A DNA stretch of 64,000 nucleotides from NCBI GenBank assembly GCA_002633005.1, contig NMRA01000171.1, forward strand, positions 602,669 through 666,668, given 5' to 3'. Shown one piece after another: positions 40,685-53,900 of this stretch. The translations under genes were made by a program, and so were the position numbers. The first letter of the stretch is position 1, and each line of letters begins with the position of its first letter. Below the pieces are notes generated by a model. It ran no database searches and had not been told where the DNA came from. It saw only the letters and a list, made by a program, of their open reading frames with translations. Source of the stretch: Phoronis australis. Its lineage: Eukaryota > Animalia > Phoronida.

Positions 40685-42559
40685 GTACATTGATTTCCTG
40701 TGAGCAAATGTCCTACTGGTTATTTACCACAGTCTGATGTCTGTGTCGGTCATTCGTATTTGCTTATTGAATACAAGAACGAAAAACGGGCTGCGTACGT
40801 CACTTTCACACCACGACAACGGTAACACGATAAAATGTTTCACCGAAATAATCAGGGCTCTGTATTTTTATTAAAGATAACATCAACAACAATTGATTCC
40901 CTATCAGGCTAAATCCAGGGATTGTAAGTCGAACGTAAAGGAACCAAAATGCCAATAATCATTTTTTACTGTGCAAGTTTCTGTTACCAAAAAAAACTTG
41001 ATTCAAATTTACAAAACTCTGTAACAATCCCTCAATTCAAAATAGGATATCGCCACAGTTAATTTTTGATAAACGTACGCGTCATTCTATACGGTATTAG
41101 TCAATTCATTTTTAACCTTAAGTGTGACCGAATCCTTGTTTTCGACCGTTTTAACTGGTTTTTAATTGAAACTAGACAAGATTTTACAACTTTAGAAAAG
41201 TCTTGTTTCACAACCAATTTAGTTAGAGATTCTTTACAGTTACAGCCAATAAAGTTCCAGACAAATTTACATTGCTTATTGTAACCGTCCATTGTGCGTA
41301 TGCCGTTGTCCATTTATGAACTGGAATCTCCTAGGATCCAGCAACGTTAACTAAGGAAAAGATAAAAGATGGCGAATGGGTCATACCACTATTTTGAAGG
41401 GTATCACCGTTTCCAATACGTGTTCAAACCTTTTCAACAGGACATTTCACATGACGTACTGTACATTTAATGGGCATATCACGTGACATTCTCGTGTTAT
41501 AAACTGGAGAGATATCCAAAAATTGGGATAAATTTCACTCTGACTATGTCTTTCTAATTCGCTCATGGAGAGCTACAAGAGGAGTTTATTTTTGTTTCAT
41601 CCAGTTTCCTAATATGTACATTTATTGCAAGCCCAATAGTCATGAGTTATAATTCTTTGCATCTGTTTATTCATCTGGATAAAGGATAATATCCGTCGTC
41701 TAATCTTTAAAAATCAAATCTTTATCAACCAAACTGGTTCTTACGAGTTCACTCGTTTAACAGAATTACATTCATCCTTAACCAATAGCGGTAGTCGTGT
41801 ATTACAGGATATAGCTCACTAATGCAAACAATATATGAATTGCAATAACGATATCTATACAGCCGGAATAAAAACTTAGTCAGATTCTCTAGGAAAATGC
41901 TGAAGTAATGACATTTTAATCCTACTCTACCATTGTCTGGAAAGTTAGGAACTTGAAAAGATATATTAAGAAATAAATTTAATCTAAGTGAATCAATCAT
42001 TCAATAAACAATCGAATACGAAATATGCATAGCACCTCCAACTGAGTTTCAGTTACAACTTTTCATGTACAGGAGGAAGTACGTCGGGAAAGAGTTCCAG
42101 ACATAAGCTGAGCCAATAGGGAGCGCTCGAACGCGACAAATTCATATTGGCATACTGTTTGGTTGCATACAAAATAAGTTTCAACTTAGGTTTGGCTATT
42201 ATATATTCAGCCCATACATCTCTTGATTGTTCAGACAGTTTCTTTTATACCAAATTCATTAAAATTTGACCGTCAAGCTCCTTCTAACAACATAGTTATC
42301 TCACAAACATATTTTTAGTAATTCTATCGCAACTTGAAGTCACGAGCTTGCTCCTACGTCGCATCATATTTTGTTTCAATCTATTACCTGTAGAAACAAA
42401 TTTCAAATCCTCGGCATGAGCGGGTGAAAATCTATTTATCCCTAAAAATCGCATATCTACGCAAGAACCAATTCAAGTTTTAAAAGTTAGAAATCATGAT
42501 CTCAGTGAAAATCAAATGATCGTCATTCCCCTTTATAACCCTGGCTGACTACACAAAAG

Positions 42560-42664
42560 GGCCATTACCGCCTCGCGTGTCATCACTGACTGACCAGAAG
42601 TCGCCTCTTTCTCCTCCGGGAAGGTCGTTAGGACTCGCCGAGCAGGTTTTATCGACAGGAAACA
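42560..42664 (+). promoter_or_regulatory. Putative non-coding first exon of TPPP paralog B
   Basis: GC-richer stretch ending in donor ACA|GTGAGTAGT (42664/42665). The acceptor TTTTAG| at 43146 lies 11 nt before the ATG. The start coordinate is approximate. Confidence 0.5.
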
Positions 42665-43157
42665 GTGAGTAGTTTTATAATTCACGTAGCAATTCTTAAA
42701 TCATGTCACAGAGAAGTGTATGGGGGAGCTATACGTTTTAACAAATTAAAGTTCACTGACATTCCTTGTCATAGTTCGCAGAACACGGCACACATGTCAA
42801 GCGACTAAGTAGCCTCTAAGTGTTTGCCTTTCTGAGTGTGAAGTCTTCGAAAGTAACTAAGAATACTTAGTTTTAGTTCTATTTTTAAAGTTGCCAATGT
42901 TTCGCCTTTTGACCTTGTCACTGTAAATGTCTTCAAATGTTATGGAATAAAAATTATTTCACACTCGTTTTGTATGATTACGTGACACTATTTGGTGTTG
43001 GCTAGAGCTGATTTAGTTATAGGACATTTTGGCATCTTCAACAAAAACTGTTTTAGTGAATCTCTTTTTTGTTAGTGCAAACAATCGATTGGCTTAATGG
43101 AATTGTTTTCTGCGACAGAAATGGACGTAGCTTCATATCGTTTTAGGACCGTGCGAA

Positions 43158-45502
43158 ATGGCAAGCTATGACAAGGCGGAGTTGGCCGCCGATTTTAAGA
43201 TTCGCTGTTCGTTTGGCTCGTATGACGAACCAGCAATGACCATTGAGGACGTAGACAAATGGTTTAGGGATGCTAAAGTGTATGGCAAAAAGTTAACTTC
43301 AACGGACACAGAGGTCGCTTTCTCATTGCCTAATGTCAAACCAGACAAGAATGCAAGGTTTGTCGAAGCTAACGTACTAATCAACGTGTTTACATCTGTG
43401 GCGTTTCCGCGGAAATATGTAAGCCTCCCAATGTGTTGGAGAGAAAATTATAGTTTGAGATTAGTGTCGTCAGCAAAACCAAGAGGAAAGTGGCAAAAAC
43501 AGAATGTTGAGGCTGCAAGATGCGAATGTTTTAGTTTATCAACCTTGAAGGGGAGAAGTCAATAAATAATGTAGAGAAGTGTTGGGCGGTGGACAAGACT
43601 ACTCATATTCTCATTTTCCCTGCAATGGAACCTACGTTTCTTCACAGACATAAAGGGGTTGGGAGAGACAACGAATGTTCGCATGACCATCACCAATGTT
43701 AGGTTCACACAAATGGAGAAAACTTCAATTTTTACTTTTCGCCAGAAATGTATTTTAAGTAATCGGTGATATGTTGGTCGATAACTCGCTTTGAATCAAT
43801 CCACAACTGCAATGATCATTTCAATACAATCATCAATAACTATCCGCTGGTCTCCAGCCAAGGGACACAATAACTCTGGTTTTGACAGATGATCACATGC
43901 CGCTTCCTGAAGTTAGCAGATTTCATTTGTGAATTTATTCGATAATCGTTGTAAATGTTTCTATCACAAATCTTCGCCATGATAAGTGTTCGCTGGTGTT
44001 GCAGGAGAATTAACTTCAAACAGTTTCTGGAACTTTGCCACGAATTGGGAAAGAACTATGGCGATGAAAACGAAATGATAGCTACCTTGATAAAAAAACA
44101 CTCGAAAGGAACAACAGTAAGTACCCGACCCGTCCGAAGAGAAGAGGGAGCCATCACATTAATCCTTACAATAACCTCTTTTCTTATTCCTTTCCTCTCA
44201 TATACATGGGCGGCGCAGCACTGAAAAAAGTGGGGGGCTAAAGCCCCCTCAGCCCCTTTGTGGTGCACCGCCTATAGACCATGTGAAGCGTAGCGCTGAA
44301 AAACGTGGGAGCTATAGCCCCCCAGCCCTCTATGCTGCGCTGCCCATGAATTATGACCTTTCAGTGACAGTGCAAAGCCCCTCGTGACAGTTCTTGATTG
44401 CCAACAGCTTTACGTATGATAGAAGACCATTCAAATTAATGAAGAGCAATGGTCGCCCATCTCCAGCTGTGTGGAGCCTGGCTTCCAATATATATTACTC
44501 GCGTGACCTAGACGTGAGAATAGACACGATTGGGATATTTTTATGATGGTAATTAGCATTACATGGTGTCCCCAGTGTAGGTGAACACTTTTCAAAAGCA
44601 TATTGTGTTTAACAAAACCGACCAAAGTGGTCCACTTCCATTCCTTTCAAATATGTAACATTTTTCCTATCACATGACGCTAGTTTTAGGAGTCTATATA
44701 GCATGCTGTACAGCAAGAGTAGACAAAATTTCAAGCGACGTGTTTTCTAAGATTTTTAGACGCCATCAAAATTTCTTGGTTCAGGGTCTCCAACAAGTGC
44801 GCGTTTTCTGACCCAGGGATTTTTGAAGCCGGGACTCAAGTCCCTAGTGTTGACTGAGAATTATACAAACTGGAGTCACAAGGGCTGAAAAGAATAAATC
44901 AGCATCACTCATGATTTCACTTTGACATTATATTGACAGATCTATCACCAGAAGCAAGCTTGCATTTGCAGATCGGGCACTTCTCCATTCATAACAGTCT
45001 TCTGGAAACTTTCGTAATTCGGATCATTGTCAAATCAGAAAATACGAAAAATTTCAACCCGCGAGCACTCATCACGCTCTGTCCCATTCAGAATTAAAGT
45101 CTGACAGCCAGTGATATATCTCGGCAAAGTAGTCCAAGCACACTCGTCAGATATTTGTTTCTAAGAATTTTTGTCATCGAGCTGAGTATTGCATAAACCT
45201 GGATAAGTTTGACTGTTGCTTGACGTCAAGCGCATTGTTCAACAATAGCAGCGTGACATGTGATAAACCGTCATTGTTGCTATCTAGAGTGTAACTTTTA
45301 TGCAATCGGACCCACATCAATAGTTGTGATTTTCCAGTGTATTAGCGAAACTGGAGATAAACGCGTGGTGGATACTTCAAAATACAACGGACCGCACAGG
45401 GAGCGCTTTGACGAATCTGGTGCAGGCAAGGGACACGACGGCCGGTCGGATTTTGACGCAAAAAGCCAGGCTGGATCTGGATACGTGGGCGGATACAAGT
45501 GA
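43158..45502 (+). CDS. TPPP: TPPP/p25-alpha family protein, divergent paralog B, 158 aa, 3 coding exons
   Basis: Exons 43158-43357, 44005-44116 and 45338-45502, with the same intron phases (2, 0) as paralog A. Motifs KWFRDAKVYGKKLTSTDTEVAFS, INFKQF, DTSKYNGPHRERFDESGAGKGHDGR and GYVGGYK followed by TGA. Confidence 0.92.
44205..44348. mobile_element. Short hAT-like MITE (dimeric) in TPPP-B intron
   Basis: TIRs CATGGGCGGCGCAGCA ... TGCTGCGCTGCCCATG and two similar internal units (CTGAAAAA...GGG.GCTA.AGCCCCC.CAGCCC). No clear TSD. Confidence 0.6.
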
Positions 45503-48500
45503 AAAGCAACTTGGACTGTAGGAGAATAGCTTTTATTTTATTAGAGTGAATATTTAGCAGAGTCTGTGGGTTTCTTCGTTGATTGTTGGGTTAAATGTGT
45601 AGACTGCTGTTGTAATTATGGTTCAATTACGTCACTCTTTACCACGCCTAATCTTTACAATTTGCCCATTTGGGTAACGTTGATCACTGAAAACGGTGAG
45701 CAATCGGAACAAAGTAAATATTTTGAAGCAACAAGCTCCACACATAAAAACGTGTAGTAAGTGAACACACATGAAATCATGAAGTCCTGCATAGAATCTG
45801 TTATTACTCGCCTGCTTTGAGAGCTCTCCAAGACGCTCAGTTGATTTGGGTGCCAAGATAAAGGCTTAGAATACAAGGAATTGTTCAATTGATCTTCCAC
45901 AACTTGGTCAAAAGCCTTTAACTGCGCACGACGTGTTCACAAAGATATAGAAAGTCTGCAGAACGTTTGGATTTATCTGCCAAAGGCACTTTCCAGTGGA
46001 AATAGCTTTGTTGTTTAGGACTGACATAGTTGGAAATGGCGTTTTTGTTTGGATTAGACTCCATAAGTTAAAAAGGGTACGTTTGCTGCAATGAAAAACG
46101 TATACGACATATGAGTCAGGTGGTTGATTTACTCCGAGGTTTAACAAAGCAAACAGATATACTCGACGAAAATTTAAAGTCATTATTTTCCTTTTTTTAC
46201 CTTGGGTATCGATGTTATGGCCATTACTATTATAATTATTTACTTTTGTGTGGTGGTTGACTTTTATTTAAAGGCAATAAAACTATTCAACTAAGGCCAA
46301 AATTTATTGTTTATTGGATTTTTTCATAAAAAATACAAGTGGAGAAGGGAAAATAAATATAAAATATCCCAAGTTTGTGATTAAGTTCTTGTTATTCCAA
46401 GGCAGAGATTTGTGAACGGAGAAACAGCTCTGAAAAGTAGTCTTTTGAGTATAATCCATGGCCAGAATGTTTTTCGGATAAGTTTGGTAAACATTCTGAT
46501 GATCTAAAAACAAACAATACAACTGGATTGTAGTCAGACTAACCCTAAGCGTTTTCACGATCCAAAGTTCGATAGCAAACGAATGAACCATCCCAGAAAA
46601 GCATTTTTGTTCTTGGCAAGTAGTATTTTTGTTCTCCGAATCTTTTTTAAAAAGAATATAGATGTTAATTAAAAAAGAGCAATGTATTTCTGAAATTCAA
46701 AAAATCAAAATGGTGGACCAGTTATCCAGGTTTAAAAAGTAGCCTGTCCACTCGTTACCCGCAGGATTGACGTCTTGTTTGTCCGAATTTAATTAAACGA
46801 ACAACAACTTTTTATCTTTCGACATCTGATATAAATACATGCGGCACTTTCCCGGTGTCTTATAGTTTACTGGAGAGATAAGTTACTAACGAATAGCATT
46901 TTAATTTATCTCATTGCTGTTTCCTTGATTCTGTGGTACGGCAATAGTTGGGGTTATAAATTAGATACTCATTCAAATCATCATAGTACAGCTTTGTAGC
47001 ATGTTTGTTGTGTTTTATCGTCATTAGTGGTACCCAGAACACTATTAAAACTAAACAAATTGACAAGTAAAATCAATTTGCAAAACCTCAACGCGATCGG
47101 ATGAGTCTTCGAGTGTACACAGGGCAGCGTTTTGTCGCTTATGCCAGAAAAATGAAGCTTACCGATGGACGAATCGAATAGTTCATCGAGAAGTTTCTCG
47201 GTAGTTTGTTGGGAATTTTGCTTCATCATTTAATCACCGCTTACTACCAACATGTTAATGTAGTGCACCTTCCATAAATTTCCATAATGTGGGCGCGAAA
47301 ATAAAAATCAATTTCTCCTTCACTGTATATAAGGGTAGGTGATGCTCGTGCTGTTGAACTGACGACTGATTAAAAATTCAATGCTTTTCAATCACATCTA
47401 TCATCATCATGTATCCTTAGTATAAAAACCACAGTAATGGTAATGTTGATGTCTTGATCTCCATAATAAAGGTCTTACGCAAATATTAATGAATTCCATT
47501 TCAATGTATAATCCGGTGACAATGTGTATCTGAAGTAGAATACATATTTGCTTCAATCAACTTGAGAAAGTATTAAACATACTATTTCCGCTTCATTTTT
47601 GTTAAAAACTTCATGAAAAGAATCTTTACGCAAACAAATTTATTCCAAACCTAAGCCCAAATAATACTCTTTCGATATGACATCGAATTTTTTCATAATA
47701 AACTGCATTTAATATAGATTTTTTAGCTTAATTTTCATTTTTTGGTGTGGTGCACCAAGAAAAAATGGATGCCGGGCGAAGTGTCAATCGAAACTCGAGT
47801 GTCTTGCGGAGGTCGAATGTGACTGTGAACTTGGAATACCCGAGAAAACGTGACGTCTTCACTCAAGTAATCATGTCCACGTTTCTATAATTCTTTGACG
47901 GGTAAAATGGGTGATCGTGGGACCAATAATTACAAAAAGTTCTCTACACTGAAAAAAAAATCACCGAGGCGTCATTGTGGTAACCCGTTTTCGGAACGTA
48001 TGGTAGGTTTATTTTACCGACTAGCAATACGCAATAAAACTTATTAAAATCCTTGGTGTCTTTGACTGAGTGTTTTTACTGTTTTATCTGTTCAGTCCTC
48101 GGTTTAGTCTACTGTCTTGGATTAAGTTGAGCAGAGAAGCCAAGTTACATGTCAAGCGTTTCCCGTGTAAGAGTAAATGGACGGAAGAGTAAGGGCTGTT
48201 GAAACCAATCAAGATTTTTTGACAGTTGTGCACTGGCCGGTTGTCAAATGATTGCAGTTATGCCATTCCCAACATATCTAGGATTGTCACATACTTGCCT
48301 TCCTGAGAACACTATGGCTTAGGATGTGATCAATATTGGACTATTGGAGCAATGCAGATTTTTTCAGTAAAAGTCCAACCAAGACTTTGTAAGTATTTAC
48401 AAGTAGTATAATAGAGACCATAGTTACTGCAACAATTGTCTTCCATAGAAAGAAAATACAAGTCTTAAAATTATTTCACTTGTGTTCGCAAGTTATTGTT

Positions 48501-48986
48501 GTCCTGCCTACAAGAAAATGTGATATGGGTACAAATGAACATCTTTGCAACAATCGCTTTAAAATATTATTAAAAATGTACAGATTTGTGTTGTTGAAAA
48601 AAAAAGGAAATTTTGCAGTTTCGTGCTCCCAAAGTGAAGCTTTTTGTGAGAAACTTTGTCAGGGCCCACTTTTGTAGGAAATTTGGTCAGAAAATGCACC
48701 TTTTTGTAGGGAAATTGACAATGAAGTCATTCTTCTGTGTGGCCAGTCCATTATAGCTCCCAGTAACAATTGGATGAGTAGGAAACAAGGTCAGTAACAA
48801 CTACCAAATCAATTCACGATTCCCTAGTTCTGAATTACTTTTTCACCAGTAATTCAAAATAAACTGTAGTGGTTGCAAAGTAGTAAATAAAAACGAACAA
48901 AAAAGTACAAAGAAAAAATTCATTTAAGGTTTTTATTATAAAAAATAAAGTAATCCAATTATTTCTTAATAATTCAACATCACATT

Positions 48987-49224
48987 CATGTGCGCACCCA
49001 GCCTAAAAATATAGGGGGGCTCGAAATTTTCAGTATGTGGAGCTTTTACTGAAAGAAAACGGGGACTAAAAAAAACGGGATACTACGTTCAGACCTATGA
49101 ATTGTGCATTCGCCCCGAATTCCTGTGGACTTTTGTCTCGTTTTCTCGGACTTTTTGTTTCTCTGAGGACCTTTTTACCAACTTCACCAAATGGGGGGCG
49201 AGGGCCTCCCTGGGTGCGCGCATG
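48987..49224. mobile_element. CATG-terminated MITE (hAT5-like), copy 2
   Basis: ACATT|CATGTGCGCACCCAG ... CTGGGTGCGCGCATG|ACACT; the 5-bp TSD has one mismatch. Confidence 0.8.
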
Positions 49225-50184
49225 ACACTTATCTGATAAGTAACAATCAAATTGCACAACAGATTAGGGTAAGAGATAGTTACAGACAAATGTTTATCAG
49301 CATCACCCATGTGCAGTGGGACTATTTGAGAGATGCTAAGTTGATATAACAGTATGTTCTTTGATATGTTCAGAACACAGGTAACAATTTATCTACCAAC
49401 AAAATGCCTGAAAGTAGTTCCCTCACAGGTGTAAAACACACCTTATCAACAATTCTGGATATCAATGATGCCAGGTTTTGAATTAGAACATTTAATGTGA
49501 TCATAGAGGTGACCCTAACAAATGAAGGTCATGTGGAGATGTGTTATCAACATCTGTGCCTTTCAAGGTCAGGAGTGGTGCACTTGTGATGCACAGACTG
49601 AAACTGGGCAAATCAGCAGGGTGATGAGAAATCTCATATTGACAGCCACATGATGGTTAGCAGGGAGGATAATGACCGGATGGTTCAGTAGATGGACACC
49701 AGGTGGAGATACCGATACATCATGATTCCTGGTGTTTGATCACTCATAACTCATGAAGGTATCTCAGAGTAGGTATCTCAGAGTAGGTATCTCAGAGTAC
49801 TGTCGAACTACAAACATTGCTCCCTCATGATGGTCATTATCGGACATGATGGAAAAATGAAATTTCGTTTTGTTTGTAGTGTATGCTGACTCACAAATAC
49901 AGCTTAGCATCAAAATGAATGGAGAAGAGATCCATTCACCATTGTTCTACTCCCTAGCACAGACAGGCGACCCACACTGACTGACTTTAAAGGGTGGTTT
50001 TGAATAATTTGCAAGGACAAAGGACTGATATTAATTCAGTTCTACGGTTTTGAATTTGACCTTTGCTTAGACCAAAATCACTTTTAGCTGATTTCAAGTG
50101 ATGTTTAAAGCAAAATCTAAGAAAAAATGTACCATCAAAAAAAGACCCTGCAGCTCACGGCAAGTAATGCTGTGCAGCGCTATA

Positions 50185-50279
50185 CTCACTTACAAGGGCC
50201 CCAAATTTTGAGAACCAGTTTGATGCCTATAATATTTAGTGAAAACTGGTGCTCAAAATTCGAGAATCCTGTAAGTGAC
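50185..50279. mobile_element. About 95-bp palindromic (foldback) MITE with TA flanks, Tc1/mariner-like
   Basis: TA|CTCACTTACAAG...AAATTTTGAGAACCAGTTT pairs with AAACTGGTGCTCAAAATT...CTGTAAGTGAC|TA. Confidence 0.6.
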
Positions 50280-50350
50280 TATTAACCCTAAAGTAGCCTT
50301 AATGCATGCTTCTGTCCTTATTTCTCACTTTTGTGTTACGGATATAAATT

Positions 50351-50564
50351 CATGCGCACACTCAGCCTAAAAATGGGGGGGGTTTCAAATTTTTGACAAT
50401 GTGGACTTTTTACTAAGATTACGTCTAGAACTATGAATTGTGCATTTGCCAAATTTTGGTAGTTTCTTTCTTTTTAGTTTCTTTGAGGTGGACCTTTTTG
50501 CCCACTTTGCCAAATGGGGGGCTCGTTCGAGCCCCCCCCCTGAGCCTCCCTGAGTGCGTGCATG
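50351..50564. mobile_element. CATG-terminated MITE (hAT5-like), copy 3
   Basis: AAATT|CATGCGCACACTCAG ... CTGAGTGCGTGCATG|AAATT; perfect 5-bp TSD. Confidence 0.85.
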
Positions 50565-50984
50565 AAATTAACACATTTTGTCAACACCAGATAAGATGGC
50601 TAACTTATGCCAGAGGTCCTCAGATCCCAAAATAATATCTCATGTTCCAATTGGCAGACTATAAAAATGTATGAACAACCATGATCCCAAACCAAATAAA
50701 AAGCTATATGGAGCACTGACTGAATAGTACTACTATTGCCTTTTCACAATGTCAAAGGACAATTATCTTGATATAACTTTGAGAAATGTCACAAACATTG
50801 AGGTATGAAATTAGTTAACACTTGTTGTGTATGGTTGTACAGTGGTCAGAATGGCACTCACACTTGTTATTTCTGCCTATATGTACAAAATGCTTCCTCC
50901 GTTTTTGACTCACTGAAGCAGTGCTCAATATAACTTTACCCACCGAGATAAACCCCACAGTGTTTCCACTTCAATAAACATCAA

Positions 50985-53900
50985 CTATAACTTGAGTCGT
51001 TTGATTTCATCACTCCTGAAGTCAACCCTCAGTGACAACACCTGTCGCACTTCAGCAGGGGTGAGCCGCCATGTAAGGGGGCCAGAGTTGGAACCCCAGC
51101 AATCCAGGATCTCTGTCACCTGAGGGGAAGAAATGGTCAGATAAGAAGGTAGATCTCACAAAACACCACGGTTAACTTACTTAAAGCCACTACAAACTAA
51201 TGCTACGTCCAAGAAACTAGTTCTTGATTTAGCCAACTTACCGCTAAAAATTGGTCTTAACTTGTTCCTCACTCAGATGAGAAGAAAGCTTTCTGGTTTT
51301 GCAAAAAACTGACAGTGAGTCCCTGCTCGAGAGGTGCTCAGCGAATAAAATGACTCGGCGTGACAAGTCAACTTGATGGGCCTGATCTCAAGCATAAGCA
51401 AACTGCTACTTTCCAAGTCCTAAAATTTTGACTAAGGAGCGATAGAGACCAGTTTCATAATGGTAAATACTCTAAATCACAAGTTGGTACTTGTGATGGA
51501 TGCTGGGTTCTTAGCCGCTTTATCTTCTACAAATTCAAAGATTCAAAAATTTTCTGCAACTAAAGTTAATTGTAAAAATTCTGACATTTCCAATAGTGTT
51601 GGTGTCATTCTTCAAAATATAAAATTTGCAAATTCTCTTAGGATTTCCACTAATGATTGGTGTGGCTGGCCAAAACCGTCACCAGCCATAACTGTCACCG
51701 GCCTTAACTATAATAGGGCACATCGTTGAACTCATCGAAACAATTATGTGGCATAACTTGCAAAAAAATTCTGCACTAGATTTTACTGAAATTATGCAAA
51801 AATAAAATTGATGGAAACGTACCTTCTCTAAGTTCAGTATGGTTGCCATTTGTGTCAGGCGTGCAAACTTGTCCCGAATTGTCCACGTGGTAATTGATGT
51901 GAGATATGCAACCAGTGCTCGAAGCTCCTTGTCAAACTGTAAGCCACCAAGCTGGGAAAAACAAACATTGTAGGACTAGTTAACTTCAAAACTACCTCAT
52001 TTTAGTGCCTACACTACACGAACACATGTAAGGCTCACATTGATATTTTGTGTTCTTGCTCAAGTGCTTCTCATACAGACATATGCGCATATGAGCACGG
52101 GGTTATCCACTATACTTTAAGCTGAGTGTTTTTGTGTGCTCTTTGTCTATTCTCTGTATTTTTCAGTTACATCAATAGTTTTAAAATGAACATTGGTAAT
52201 GCCTTGCATTTTATAACAGATAAGTAATTTCAGTCACACAATATTTCAAAAATTTGTTGCTCAGTTTTATTCTAGTATTTCAGATACAGGTACATGCTCT
52301 TATTCGAGATAGGTGCAGCTCCACCTATAAGGCTGGTGCAGAGACCAAAATATGCAGAACACAGACACACTTGGCTATGCAATGCCTGTATGTTGTGATT
52401 AATTATTTTTTGCACCAACATAGTAATTCATCTGTCCGTGAATGAATGACAATGTTCACTATCTAATGGAATTAACATGGTTATTGAAGTGCCTGCATTC
52501 ACCAAGTTTTGATCACATTTGTTTTTGGCCAAAATATGAGTACGGACTTTAAAATCAACACATATGTTAATAATGACGTTCTCTTAACCTATCTGTCAAC
52601 CACACAACTACTGTTACCCAAAAAGAGAAGATTAAGAAATACTTTCCTTAATTCTATTTCAGGCCCAGAGACAATAAACCGAAACATCATCAATATGTCG
52701 TTATTTACAAATGCGCTGATTTTAAAGTTCGTACTCACCAAGTTTTATTACTTTGTTTTGATTATAAATAAAAACAAAAATAAACGACATTTCAAAATAA
52801 AATTTCATAAGTTAATTTCTTAGTTCTTCCCATTTAGAGAAGCAATGAACTCCATTTGGTCCATGATATTATCAGGCATAAGCTCACTCGCCACATCAAA
52901 AAAAGGAGGAAAGCTAAAGTACAAGCCAAAACTATTCAGACAAAATGACCCATAATTCCCTGTCGTGGCAGAAGTCAAATTCATCATCAAAGTAGCCTTC
53001 CTTTATTACTGAGAATGAAGAGAAAAGTTAGTAAGGTGGCATGAAAATTGAGCCAAGTACCAACAGCAATGCAAACGCCTGGAAATGCACCCAATAACTA
53101 AAAGATAATGTGCTATGACAAGTATGCTGAAGAAAGTGAGTGTGCATTGAACACGCCCTGCACAGATCACCTACATGTATCAACCAACAAGTATGGAGGA
53201 GATGCGGAGAAAAACAAAAGAACAGCAGGAGGAAGACCGGATAAGCCAAAGAACACAGTAGCAAACATCTGAGACAGAACAAAAGCGACTTCAGCTGAGT
53301 CCAATTACAAAACCTGTAGGACACGACGAGCCATATACGCCCAACACAAAACAACTTCAAGCATGGTATCTAACTTACTCTGTTAAAGGCAGTCTTTAGT
53401 ACAGACTTCTCCATCTGGGTAGTGACCTCTGTGGAAACTTGGCTAACTAGAGTATCATAATTGGATGGAGTGAGAGAGCTCTGAAATGGCAAGGGAAAAT
53501 GTGGAGAATAACAGCAACTGACTCCTATGATGTAATGTTGAAAATTACCTGGGTACACAACACAGGCTAATACAGGGTGGGTACACGTCACAAGCTAATA
53601 CAGGGTGGTTCGAAGCCTAAACACAAATAGAATGACTGGTACAGTGTAAAAGTAACCTAACAAAAGCTAAATGTATGCAGGTGGTTCCAGAATTAACAAT
53701 GAAGAGAGTTAAATGCTACAGTAAACGGTACTACAAAGGTCAATACTACGTGGTTCCTGGTTTAAACACTGAATAGTTACCATGCAGCAAATGCTAATAC
53801 AGCGTGGTTCCTAGTCTCATCACTGAATAGATGCTAGTGACAACACTACTGTTACGTTTTCTATCATTTTGGTATTGGGCAAGATAAAATGAATGGGTCT

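Noticed and set aside
45770-45830. Possible SECIS (ATGA...AA...TGAG) downstream of the TPPP-B TGA
   Set aside because: Helix II does not base-pair by inspection, and the TGA aligns with Gly rather than Cys.
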